A stretch of DNA of 64,000 bases from Octopus vulgaris (Eukaryota): NCBI GenBank assembly GCA_951406725.2, contig OX597826.1, forward strand, positions 55,738,001 to 55,802,000, in the 5' to 3' direction. Made by a program: the position numbers and the translations under genes. The notes below the pieces were generated by a model. That model ran no database searches, had not been told where the DNA came from, and saw only the letters and a program-made list of their open reading frames with translations. Every line of letters begins with the position of its first letter. Position 1 is the stretch's first letter. This document shows, in pieces, positions 10,927 through 24,357 of this stretch.

Positions 10927-11023
10927 CGTATCTCTCTCTCTCTCTCTCTCTCTCGATATATATATGCATATATCAATATATGGATATAATACGATATATA
11001 TAAAATAAAGGTAAAATCATATA

Positions 11024-11087
<64 letters not shown>

Positions 11088-11521
11088 ATATGATATATAT
11101 ATTAATATATTCCGAATATAGGTATATTTTGTTCAAAAATCAAAAACGAGAGAAAAATATTGAAAAAGCAAAATAAAGATTTACAACAAAGAAATAGGTC
11201 GTATCGTATGTCAAAGAAAATTTTTTCTGTTTTATGCGATTATTTTGGTTTATCGAATAAATTTAGAATTATTAGCTAAGATATTTGTTTGACAAGTAAG
11301 AAATTCTGTATTGGCCGAATCTGTCAAAATGATTTTCTCTAATTGTGTTATACTGTCACACGTCTAAACGACTTCCTCGTTAAATTGCTATAAATATCAA
11401 ACCGAGTTGCGTTTCATAATTAGGTTATAAGTGAATTATTACACACTTGGAATGATGGTAATGAAACCGGTGCGGATGGTGATGGTAGTATTGGTGTAAG
11501 TGGTAGCGATGGTGTTGGCAA

Positions 11522-11524
11522 GTA

Positions 11525-11590
<66 letters not shown>

Positions 11591-11614
11591 TAGTAGCAGC
11601 AGCAGCAGCAGCAA

Positions 11615-11655
<41 letters not shown>
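11522..11655. repeat. (TAG)n/(CAG)n trinucleotide repeat
   Basis: Seen directly. Confidence 0.95.
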
Positions 11656-11656
<1 letters not shown>

Positions 11657-12021
11657 GATTAACATAGTATTTGTATGTTGTGTTCAGGTGTATATATATT
11701 ACACATAGTTACACATCTACCTATCTATTTATCAGTCTGTCTGTCTGGCTGTCTGCTTGTCTGTCTGCTTGTCTGTCTGCTTGTCTGTCTGTTTTTCTCT
11801 GTCTGTTTGCCTGTCTATCTATCTAACTAACTAACTGTCTATTAACCAATGAATATACTATATATAATTGAAGGACTCTTGACGAAATTGCAACGAAATT
11901 GCAATGCATAATTGCATACGGAGCAATGTGCAGCTGCTACATAGAAACATATGTTGGCATTTGTAACATATTTTGGATGTGAATAAATCTCCGGTCTCTT
12001 CTTGGCTTTCAGTTATGTATA

Positions 12022-12092
<71 letters not shown>

Positions 12093-12095
<3 letters not shown>

Positions 12096-12249
12096 AGAGT
12101 TTACGAAAACAAAAGACGAAGACAAGTGCTGTACAAAGCAAACAGATGTATTAGTATAACGCTCAGGAACAGAAAAATTCTTTTACGTTTCGAGCCTACG
12201 CTCTTCTACAGAAAGGGACACAGAAAAAACAAGGAGAGAAAAAATGTGC

Positions 12250-12250
<1 letters not shown>
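12093..12250 (-). mobile_element. PLE-LTR-like repeat with minimal hammerhead-like motif, inserted in (TA)n
   Basis: Minus strand CTGTAGA-A-GAGC-GTAG-GCTC-GAAAC-GTA (12180-12215). Paralogs at about 22437-22600 and 54150-54305. Confidence 0.65.
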
Positions 12251-12315
<65 letters not shown>

Positions 12316-13490
12316 GTATGTATATACACATGTAATATGTGTGCGTGTGAGTGTATGTGTTTAATTATTGAAGCTATTAGCATCAATGTTGTATAGAGCA
12401 TATAAAAGTTATACGAGTTCAATTTTCATTAGAGTACAATTACTTCACTTCACCTAGTTTTAAAAACTAGGGATACGTTTTCTGGGAAAAGAAAATCCGC
12501 TTCTTATAAAACGGAAATCTGTCACTTTAGGTCAAAAATGACAACAGAAGCACATGCCAAAGTTACGTTCCTTGATTTAGAAATGTCGTAAGCGACACAC
12601 CAAGTAATAATAAGGACAACGACACCAACACAAATAACAATTATAATATAAACTAATAAAGAAAGAAACTTAAGCACATTTTCTGGAAGTGGAAAACACT
12701 TGTCTTATAGAAACAAAAATCTGTAATTTCGGATCACAGACGATGGAAGAACGAAAACCGAAGTTGCCTCCCTTGTTTTATAAATGTTGCAATCGATACG
12801 CCCACCTTTTAATCAGCACCCAATTTTGAATACGGAAACTCTGTCAGCGTAAACCGGATCCTGGTCAGTTAATATAACATTTTTTCGTCTACTACAAAAC
12901 GCCTTTTAACTGCAAAACACACAAGAACCTTTTTCTACACAAAAGAAACGAAGCAATACATGAATTTTTATTATTATTATTCTCTCCTTCTTACTTATGA
13001 TATATATGTCAAACTTACCATATGAATACATACATCAATATATTTTCAATTAAACTATAATACGGAAATATTTCTGAAGTCTTATTTTCATACATATGAC
13101 TACACAGAACAAAATTATTTCCACGTTAGATCAAAAAATCAAATTTGTTTTAATAAAACAAGTATATATGTTTGAAAAGATATCACGCATTTTGAACCGT
13201 TTCTCAGTATTTTTTCTATATAAATGTATGTGTGTAAGAGCGAGTGCAACAAACTCTTCCTAAACTGCAAACTCTTAAATAAGTATAACCCTAGCCATAA
13301 TGTAATTATGATGCCAATGAAGGATAATCATGTAGTACCAACATAATATATAGAACAGTAAGATTTGCATTTTAGTAACGTTAAAAAAATTGTTATATAT
13401 TATATACATCCGGAAGACTGTCACTAACAGGCAGCCCAACGGCTCCAGGGCTGATGAGGCTCTTCAGTTCTTCAGTTGCTCATCTTAGAA

Positions 13491-13706
13491 GAGGTGGCGA
13501 GCTGTCAGAAACGTTAGCACTCCGAGCGAAATGCTTCGCGGTATTTCGTCTGTCTTTACGTTTTGAGTTCAAATTCCGTCCAGGTCGACTTTGTCTTTCA
13601 TCCTTTCGGGGTCGACAAATTAAGTACCAGTTGCATACTGAGGTCGATCTAATCGACTGGCCCTCTCCCCCAAAATTTCGGGCCTTGTGCCCAGAGTAGA
13701 AAAGAA
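13491..13706 (+). mobile_element. SINE family B (alternative tail)
   Basis: gaggtggcgagctgtcagaaacg...gagttcaaattcc...tcatcctttcggggtcga. Confidence 0.85.
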
Positions 13707-14290
13707 TATCATACAAATCCTGAATCTAGGTAATTATTGGGGTCGTGGCTGTCGTTGCACCAGACAAATATACAGTTTTGGAGGACGAGAAAGCAGGACT
13801 GGATCTGCACATAACATACCCCCAGTAATAACAATAATGGAGCCTCTCAAAATTGCGCTGGACGCAATTTAATGTCGTAGCTAGGAGAATCTATTTAACC
13901 ATAGATGGACGCCTGACAGGTACAACCGTTTCGGGCCAGAACGGACCTGAGAGAATATTATTTACGTCGTGATTCCACACTCCTCACAACGCTCGAACTT
14001 TTGAAATGAAGCATCACCACCGGTTGCACTTCAATGTCGTACTCATATTCATACATAAATCCATGCTTACATTCTTGTGTATGCATTTATATATGCATTA
14101 ATACAAATAAGAACATTGGAATTGTTCAAGCATAATCAAATTCAAAATGTTAAACCACCGCACGATGCATTCGAACCCGTTATGATAAGAATAGAATTGG
14201 AATCACCTGGAACATTTTTTAAATCACGTTTTAGAACGAAATTATGGTTTCATTTATTAGTATTAAACAAATTTATTATTCTTAAACAAA

Positions 14291-14703
14291 CAGGCGCAGA
14301 TGTGGCTGTGTGGTAAGAAGATGCTTCCCAACCACATGGTTCCGGGTTCAGTCCCACTGCGTGGCACCATGGGCATGTGTTTTCTACTATAGTCTCGAGT
14401 TGATCAAAACCTTGTGTGTAGATTATTTAGTATTCAGAAACTGAAAGAAGCCCGTTGTGTGTGTGTGTGTGTGTGTGTACATTTGTTTCAGTGTTTGTCT
14501 CCCCCACCGCCACCATAACTTGACAACCGATGTTCGTGTGTTGCTTACGTCCTCGTAACACAGCGGTTCGGCAAAAGAGACCGATACAATAAGTACTAAG
14601 CTTACAAAACAAATATGTCCTGGAGTCGATTTCTTCGACTGAAACCGTTTGAGGCGGTGCTCCAGCATGGCTGCAGCCAAATGGCTGAGACAAATAAAAG
14701 ATT
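14291..14703 (+). mobile_element. SINE family A
   Basis: aggcgcagatgtggctgtgtggtaagaag head with A and B boxes, standard tail. Confidence 0.9.
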
Positions 14704-14875
14704 AAAGAATATGGTTTCAATCTTTTTTGCTGCGTAGAACAGTTTATCTCATTGCAACACACTTCCGTATAAAGCAAAGATGTTCGTAGCTTTCCACAGA
14801 CAAATAAACTTATATGAAACAAAAGATCCATACATTAATGTTCTTGTACATATATTTATTTATTATTGTTAAATA

Positions 14876-15219
14876 AGAATATTACTGACAGTGACTTCAA
14901 AGTTTCGGTTAGCTAAGTCAACGACCGACGACGGTTTAGCTGGCCCGGGACAGATATCTGCAGCTGGCGGGCTTCTGCTATTCTAGACCGATGATGGACA
15001 AAGATCCTGAAACATACGTGTCTCTAGATGCAGGCCTGGCTGCTGGGGGTGTTTGTCTCCCCTTCGTAAATATATAAGGACACAGGAGAAAAAAATGTGT
15101 CGAAGCCATCAGGAAGCGTCGATGCTTCCTAGGGCTAAACAGCGGTGGTGTAATCCCCTACTGTCACGTTAAATTGACAGTATACAACCAAACTATAAAG
15201 TCATTATCAATAATATTCT
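14876..15219. mobile_element. Short element with imperfect terminal inverted repeats enclosing a hammerhead-like motif
   Basis: agaatattactgacagtgacttcaaagtttcggtt pairs imperfectly with aaccaaactataaagtcattatcaataatattct. HHR-like fold at 14982-15028. Confidence 0.55.
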
Positions 15220-15699
15220 GGTATGAGAATAATAAATGTGTACTCTAAGAAAGCATAAATAACTTTCAAATTAATGTAAGACATTTTTTTTATTATGACT
15301 GAACAGAAAAACAAACATTAATATATTATATATGTGTGTATGTATGTATGTATTCTCTATAAGTGAGTTTTGTTATTGAAACCGACATTTATATGTGATG
15401 TTTGTGTGAGTGTGTTACTATACACACACACACACACAAACACACATTGAAACAGAGATTGCATAGAAACATTTTATATATAGATGGATATATATATTAT
15501 GTATACGCAAATATGCATAACTCTACATATGTGCACACACATAGATATAGATACACGTAAGTTTACATGCATGAAAACATGCGTGAGGCGTGCTCTGTAA
15601 ACAAAGCCATATGTAAAACGTCAGAAACCACAGACAGCCAAAAGAAAATTTACTAAAAATGTTATTTCAAGTTTATAATTTGTTCAATATGCCAAACAT

Positions 15700-16160
<461 letters not shown>

Positions 16161-16812
16161 GCACATAAGAATTAATGAATGTATCCAAGTCTATGTATAA
16201 TTATGTATATATGTATGTATGCATCTACCTATCTATCTATCCATATACTGTACTGTTCATGTTCGCATACGCATACGCACGCACACATATATACACCTAC
16301 ACACACACACATTTTGTTGAGATTGACTTAGAAATATCACCGGTGTTTCGAATTGTCGTCAATTCCTGATTATATTTTGAAATATGAAACATAATAATTG
16401 TCTCAAGTTTTGAGACAATTCCAGCAATTCTAGCATAGGACTTTTGTCAATTCACTCTTATCTTCAATGCGAAAATGCCACCTATTACATCGACTCCGAA
16501 AGGATGAAAGGTAAAGTGAACTCTGGTGGGATTCGAACTCAGATCGTAGAGCCAAAACAAATTAAGCACCTTTACTGACATGCTAACGAATTTGTCATCT
16601 CACCGCCTCGAGAATAAAAATTAATTATACCTGAATCTGAAAATTTATTGAGTTTTTATTGAGTTCATGTCCAAGGCATTATGAGTATTATGCTTATAAA
16701 AACAAGACATCCTAAAGGATATATATACATATATCGTAAGGGCACACAAGGTGCCTACCTGCTGGGAAGGGGAGTTAAAAGTCTCTGATAAACCACCAAT
16801 AATACTGATATG

Positions 16813-17105
16813 TTTATTAGCCACACAGGGCTGCACAAAGACGGGACAAATTACAAGGTAGAGCTTTTCTTTTGGGGATAAAAAAAGGGGGTTTTGTTTT
16901 CGATCAAAAAGGATCGTAAAAAGAAAGAAAGAGGAAAGCAAAAAAAAGGGAGGGGAATAAAATAAAAGGAAAAAAAATCGATCAATAGGGATCGTTATCA
17001 CAGAAATGTCAATATAAAGTGTAAAGGGGAGGGCAGGTGAGGTTTACCCTTGGGAATAAAAGCCTACGGAAAAGACCACGGTAACCTCGGTCAATGAAGT
17101 CACAT
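16813..17105 (-). mobile_element. Probable LINE 3' UTR whose terminus resembles the SINE-B tail
   Basis: Minus strand ends tttgtcccgtctttgtgcagccctgtgtggctaataaa, compared with SINE-B tttgtcccctctgtgtttagccccttgtgggtaataaa. Confidence 0.45.
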
Positions 17106-17189
17106 GTTATTTATTTATTTTTTTACAAATAAGCAACTCTCTGTATTAATTTTTACGGTTCATAGGATCATAGTCAAGGTGGCTTCACT

Positions 17190-17291
<102 letters not shown>

Positions 17292-17717
17292 AACCCTGGA
17301 GACTGGTAGTGTTGGCCTACCTCGTATGAAAAGTAAAATTACGTAAGTTATATGGTATTATCAGGAATAATTTGGTTCTTTGGGGGTAAAGAAAAATCTG
17401 ATGTTCTGTCGTTTCTTCGGCAGGAAAGAGACACCAAACGTTTTCTTCATCTCTGAAGCAAGAACTACAGATAGCATGTGTTGATATTCATGTCATGAAT
17501 ATGAATATAATTCGTAGGTGGCGCTAGTGTGTTGCTTCAGTCAATATGCAACTAGGTTGTATGGGAGTTCATGTGTGAGTCACGTGAATGACTGCGTGTG
17601 TGTATGTGAGCATGTATATATATATGTGTGTACGCGCGTGCGTGCGTGTTTGTGTAGTCATGTGATTCGGTAAGCCAATTAGTTTGGTTACATTCTAAAA
17701 GTATATAAAAAGAATCA

Positions 17718-17784
<67 letters not shown>

Positions 17785-18124
17785 CTTGGGGCACGTGTTT
17801 GTGCATACAAGGTGTATACATTTGTGTGCGCATCAGCGAAATGTATGTCAGAGAGACAGATGAAGCAGATACATAAAGGGAGACGTGTAGAAAGAGAGCA
17901 AGAGAGAGAGAATGAGAGACAGAGAGTGAGAGACAGAGAGAGAGAAATAACGAGAAAGTTAGAGCGTGCGAACGCATAAATATAAAAAACACATGTCTTT
18001 GCTTTGATTTTCAAACGTACACGCACATCAAACGTGCACACTCTCACACAGGAAAGCGCACATGCATATACGCAAACACACACACACACACCGACATGAA
18101 CACACACACATACGTTTGCATTTA

Positions 18125-18126
18125 TT

Positions 18127-18170
<44 letters not shown>

Positions 18171-18574
18171 CATATATATGTGTGTGTGTGTGTGTGTGTG
18201 TATGATTGTCTGTACATATATACATAAATACCATCATACATAAACACATAGACATACATACATACATACACACATACATATATACATAAATACACACATA
18301 CATAAACACATAGACATACATACATAAACACATAGACAAACATACATACATACATACATACATACATACATACATACATACATACATACATACACACATA
18401 CACACATACATACATACAGAAATACATACATACACACATAGACAAACATACATACACACATACATACATACATACACACATGCACACATACATACATACA
18501 GAAATACATACAGACATACATACATACATACATAAATACACACATACATAAACACATAGACAAACATACATACA

Positions 18575-18608
<34 letters not shown>

Positions 18609-18675
18609 CATACATACACACATGCACACATACATACATACATACATACAGAAATACATACAGACTTACATACAT
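18125..18675. repeat. (CATA)n-based compound microsatellite with higher-order duplications
   Basis: Recurring variant blocks such as cataaacacatagacaaacata and cagaaatacataca. Confidence 0.9.
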
Positions 18676-18904
18676 ATTCATGTCTGTTTATATTGGTATT
18701 GCTTGTTAAGAACACAACAAAGCAAGGGCTATGTATAGTATTAGATGCAATTCAGCAGAATGGTTAATTTCGATAAAACGAAAACTGCTTGAAAGTCTAT
18801 GAAAGAAAGGAAAGAAGTGCACACTCGTTGCTGACATCATTTTCCTAAAATTATGCACGCATACATACACACAGCCATACATGGGGAATATAGAGACGCG
18901 TTTA

Positions 18905-19140
18905 TCATGTCACGAGCGGTAGCTGCATTCGAAGAGGACCGACGACAGCGGCTCGATACTGGAATAGAAAGACGTCCACAAGGGAGCCTCTGGCTCGATC
19001 CAGTCAACAGAATATCGTTGGGATGGTCTCTGGGCGCCAATGTGCTTCTAGCTTTGCACTGAGGTGTCACATGCGTTGTCTTCAATAAAGTACACAGACT
19101 TTGTCGTCATCGGACACCCCGATGGACTACCTATCATCAT
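18905..19140 (+). mobile_element. RTE-clade LINE 3' end
   Basis: AVAAFEEDRRQRL, then CASSFALRCHMR (C-terminal Zn-finger remnant) and a 3' hairpin gtcatcggacaccccgatggac. Confidence 0.7.
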
Positions 19141-19177
19141 GTGTATGTTAATGCGTGGGTGTGTGTGTATGTGTGTA

Positions 19178-19230
<53 letters not shown>

Positions 19231-19358
19231 ACGTGCATGTGTGTGGATGCATGCGTGTGTCGGATGTATAAGAAGTTAAGGGCCGAAACACTTTCTAGAA
19301 GACGTCGATTCTTTTCTGAAGACCTGTTGTTCAGTGCTCTTGAGAGTTTCTTACCGCC

Positions 19359-19456
<98 letters not shown>

Positions 19457-19457
19457 T

Positions 19458-19857
19458 GTAGGAGTGGCTGTGTGGTAAGTAGCTTGCTAACCAACCACAT
19501 GGTTCCGGGTTCAGTCCCACTGCGTGGCATCTTGGGCAAGTGTCTTCTGCTATAGCCCTGGGCCGACCAATGCCTTGTGAGTGGATTTGGTAGACGGAAA
19601 CTGAAAGAAGCCTGTCGTATATATGTATATATATGTGTGTGTGTTTGTGTGTCTGTGTTTGTCCCCCTAGCATCGCTTGACAACTGATGCTGGTGTGTTT
19701 ACGTCCCCGTCACTTAGCGGTTCGGCAAAAAAGAGACCGATAGAATAAGTACTGGGCTTACAAAGAATAAGTCCCGGGGTCGAGTTGCTCGATTAAAGGC
19801 GGTGCTCCAGCATGGCCGCAGTCAAATGACTGAAACAAGTAAAAGAGAGAAAGAGAA
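19458..19857 (+). mobile_element. SINE family A (well preserved)
   Basis: A-box tggctgtgtgg, B-box ggttcagtccc, full body and tail. Confidence 0.95.
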
Positions 19858-19869
19858 TATATATATAAG

Positions 19870-19900
<31 letters not shown>

Positions 19901-19904
19901 GTAA

Positions 19905-19972
19905 ACAGATAAATTCCTCTATTTACATAACATCGAGATATCGTTTATTCTTTTGTTGTCTTAACATTTGTC

Positions 19973-19978
<6 letters not shown>
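19905..19978 (+). mobile_element. PLE pLTR 3'-terminal fragment, same family as 1670-1741
   Basis: Similar to the reverse complement of 1670-1741 and flanked by (TA)n. Confidence 0.6.
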
Positions 19979-20014
<36 letters not shown>

Positions 20015-20728
20015 CATACATGCATACAGCATGCATGCTTGTGTGAGTGTGTATGTTTATGAGTGTATGTGCGTACGTGTATCAGTGTGTTTGTGTGTAA
20101 GAGTATATAGAGCGATAGATAGGTAGATACACACATGCATACAAGGATAAATAGATGGATCGATCGATCGATCGATGGAGAGATAGATGGATGGTCAGTC
20201 GGACAGACGGACAGATAGACAGACAGACAGCGATATATGGTGCCGGACGACCTGGATGTTAAGAAGTTCACTTAACATCTAGTTTTCTACTATTAGATTC
20301 CAGCCTCGATTCTTCTGTGTACTTACTTCCAAATGGTTCAAAGGGAGCTTCTTAATCGTGCAGCAATACCTATCACACTCACTTCTTTATATTTCAACTA
20401 TGTTCATTCTGTATCGTTTTTGCCTATAATATGTTTGCTCTGATTGTCCTCAACTGCCAAAATGACCGACTAACGCAAATGAATTATTATCGCTAATTTT
20501 ATTTTCGTGGTAAACTGTCTAATATCGCTTATTTATTTATTGAAGCACTTTGCTTCCGCCAATATTTTAACATTGCTTTTGTGCCTCATCAGTTATTGCA
20601 ATGTTTTTCATTTGTTGGACTTGTATCGCACAAGACATCGTGGGCGCACGCGCGGCAGTTTGGCCAGAAGTTTATGTATATACATATACATACGCATGTA
20701 TGTATGTATGTATGTATGTATGTATGTA

Positions 20729-20788
<60 letters not shown>

Positions 20789-20865
20789 ATCTGTCTGTCT
20801 GTCTGTATGTATGTATGTATGTATGTATGTATTTATGTATTTATGTATGTTTGTTTGTCTTTCTG

Positions 20866-20896
<31 letters not shown>

Positions 20897-21049
20897 ATGT
20901 GTGTGAGACTTTTTTCGCTTTCCTGTCAATCTATGTATATATATCTATGTTATCTCTCTGTCTATATATATGTGGTGACACCCGTTATTGGACAAGCGAA
21001 TTAATTGAGCAAGGGTTACCCAAAAGACTCGAGAATGAGAAAGAATTAA

Positions 21050-21349
21050 AAGTGAAGGCAAACATGAATTGCAAATCAAAAAAAAATCATCTACTGCATC
21101 ATATGCCCACAATGTAATGAAAACTATATTGGGGAGACAAGAAGGAAACTGACCAGCCGTGTAAATGTGCATAAACAACAAGCCAAGGATTCATCTTTTA
21201 GGAATGTCCCATACGGTGAACATCTAGATATCTATGCAAATGTAAAATTTAAAATATTCCCATTTTACAAAATAAACGACGAAAATGTATAACTACGAAA
21301 GACAAAAGAAGAATACTTTATTAGAATTCTAAATCCCAAATTAAACCGA
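21050..21349 (+). pseudogene. Penelope-like element GIY-YIG endonuclease (C-terminus), frameshifted
   Basis: Reads MNCKSK/IIYCIICPQCNENYIGETRRKLTSRVNVHKQQ...EHL...FKIFPFYK...RKTKEEYFIRILNPKLN, with one frameshift and one stop. Confidence 0.85.
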
Positions 21350-21656
21350 AAAAAGGCAACACTCCATATAACAAACAATGTTAAAAGAATATTTACGAGT
21401 AAACCGTAAGTCCGAAAATAAAATGGAAATAATATTACCACTACCACAAAAATAACAACTTCCTCTTCAAGAGCACGTGTGTTTCCAACGGTGAAACGAA
21501 AGCGCTCACACACTAGGAAAAAACTTCTTTCCAAAAGGGATTAGTAACATCCTCATAAAAGATTTTGTTACATTTTTTAAAAAAATAATTCTTTAAAACA
21601 ATCAAAACTGTATCAAGTAATTCTCATGGATTTTCAAATATAAATATATATATATA

Positions 21657-21897
21657 AATTATTATAATTATTAACATAATTATAACTAGGGTTTAGCAAA
21701 ATTACTTCACCACATACCAAAATTTAGAAACAGTTAAATACTATTCTACTAGATATCTCCCAAGTTGAGAGTATTGCTGTCTGGGAGATATCATATGGTA
21801 GTAGAATAGTATTTAACTGCTATTTCTAAATTTCGGTATGTGGTGAAGCAATTTTGCTAAACCCTAATTATAATTATGTTTATAGTTATAATAATTT
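21657..21897. repeat. Long imperfect fold-back (about 105-bp arms, about 19-nt loop)
   Basis: tagggtttagcaaaattacttcaccacatacc...gatatctccca pairs with tgggagatatc...ggtatgtggtgaagcaattttgctaaacccta. Confidence 0.85.
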
Positions 21898-21986
21898 TTG
21901 TATAAGTTTACCGATAATGGTTCTTTTAACATACCGAACTACGTGGTAAGATTATTAATTATAAACTGATTAATTAATTTTACGTT

Positions 21987-22212
<226 letters not shown>

Positions 22213-22333
22213 ATCCAGTTGCTTAGTTTGATTTTATTCATCTTGCTTCGAGCTGTGCGATAATCCCAGACTGACTTGGTGCATTAACTTAAGTACCTAA
22301 TTCAATTGAATCTCAATTATATATATACATATG

Positions 22334-22600
<267 letters not shown>

Positions 22601-22692
22601 CAAAGTACAGGTGAGGATATTAACCTAGGAGGGATAAAAATATCCAAGATTATACTGGTTAAATACCTAACGATATAGGCACATACATATTC

Positions 22693-22972
22693 ATTATAAA
22701 TATCATTAAAAACCAAGAGAGAAGATGGAGGTAAGATTAATAAAAAATTATCAATACATTGACAATAAGAGACCTACAATTGTTTCAGTTCATCACTTTT
22801 GCACACAAAATCAACCAAATTTAATTTAATTTAACTGAATCAATTTAATTAATTACTATAAGAGTGAATATCTTCTATGAAATAATTGTAGGTCTAGTAT
22901 TGTCAAAGTATTGATAAACTTTTATTAATCTTATCTCCAACTTCTCTTTCGGTTTTTGATGATATTTATAAT
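22693..22972. mobile_element. Fold-back mini-element (about 95-bp arms) with decayed hammerhead at the inner arm ends
   Basis: 22693-22787 is approximately the reverse complement of 22878-22972. Minus strand 22771-22796 reads GTGATGA-ACT-GAAAC-AATT-GTA-GGTC. Confidence 0.7.
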
Positions 22973-22985
22973 ATATATATATATA

Positions 22986-24286
22986 TTAGGTTGGCAACTA
23001 AGTTCCCGCAGTTTTTTAAGTTTAAATTTTTAAAAGGATTAATACAAAATAACAACTAATTAATCAATAATGTTTCACCTTTGTTGTTTACAGCTTCTTC
23101 CCAACGTTCAACAAGATTTTCAATACCTCGTTGATAGAAATCACCCGAATTCGACTCGAAAATTTGATTCAACCAAGCTCTCAAATTCTGCATCAGTATT
23201 GAACGAAACTCCGTGAATAGCATTTGAAAGAGATCGAAAGAGGTGAAAATCCGTTGGTACCAAATCAGGAGATTACAGTGGGTGTGGCAGCACTTCTTGT
23301 CCATGCATTTGAAAGGTTTCCTTGGTCATATTGGCGATATGAGGGCAGGCGTTGTCGTGCAGCAGAAGAAAACCATGCTGACGATTAGGTCTTATCTCTT
23401 GAATAGCCGTGTTGAGTCGGTCCATCTGTTGAACATAGAGTTCCGCGATGATTGTTTGGTTTCATTCAAGCAATTCGTAAGGGATAATTCCTTCCCAGTC
23501 CCACCATACGCACAACATCGTTTTACGGTGATGAAGATCCTGTTTCACGCGCGGTGTCGCTTGTTTACCGGGGCTAGGCCATTCCTTACACTTCTTCATA
23601 TTGATGTACAGGCACCATTTTTCGTCGCCAGTAACGATTCGGTAAAGAAATCGTTGCTTGTGTCCATGAGTTGAGCGATGACGAGCAAGCAAACCAGCAG
23701 AGATTGTGGCTCGTTGATTTTTGTTGTTGTCACTTAAAGCATGCGGAACCCATGCTCCATACTTCTAAACCTTTTACCATCGAGTGAAAATGCTTCTGTA
23801 TAGCAGTGTGTGAGCATTCCATTTTCTCTGCCAGTTCCCATTTCGTTTGACGAGAATTTTCGTGCAAAAGTTGGTTTAATCGCTTTTCATCGAACTCAAA
23901 CGGACGGCCTGAACGAGGTGCGTCTTTGAGGTCAGAATTTCTGTTTTTGAACTTGGCATACCAATCACGAACGGTTATTTCAGCTATGACACCCTCTCCA
24001 TACACAGCACAAATGTCACGAGCAGCTGCTGCGGCCTTAGAATCTTGATTAAAAGCAAAAAGAAAGAGGTGTGAAAATGCTCGTTTTCCTTAACTTGACA
24101 TTCCATTTTAATAATCTGAAAATAAAGAAAAAATTAACTAAAATTAACTAGGAAAAAAAAATCAAAACAAAATAGATTCCAAAATGATTCAAAAATAGAA
24201 TTCTCGAAGAAAATAGATTCCAAAATTTAAAAACGCAATAAATTCCAAAATTTAAAAAAACCGCGGAAACTTAGTTGCCAACCCAA
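22986..24286 (-). mobile_element. Full-length mariner (DD34D) transposon, inactive
   Basis: TIRs ttaggttggcaactaagttcccgc / gcggaaacttagttgccaacccaa with TA on both sides, about 1.3 kb. Confidence 0.95.
23056..24106 (-). pseudogene. Mariner transposase pseudogene
   Basis: MECQVKENEHF, PRSGRP, IVTGDEKW, HDNACPH and SPDLVPTDFHLF motifs, split over several frames. Confidence 0.92.
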
Positions 24287-24319
24287 TAGGTGTGTGTGTG
24301 CGTGTGTGTGTGTGTGTAC

Positions 24320-24357
<38 letters not shown>

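Noticed and set aside
11875-11955. TTGACGA...GAAATTGCAAT and GAAACATATGTT motifs
   Set aside because: No convincing stem I or stem II, so it is too decayed to call.
13451-13475. CTGATGAG motif
   Set aside because: No stem II followed by GAAA at a suitable distance.
19458-19530. tRNA-like A-box and B-box heads as tRNA genes
   Set aside because: They are SINE 5' ends and do not form a complete cloverleaf.
21911-21950. CCGATAA-TGGT...ACC-GAAC-TACGTG-GTA hammerhead-like remnant
   Set aside because: It has three core changes and a poor stem I.
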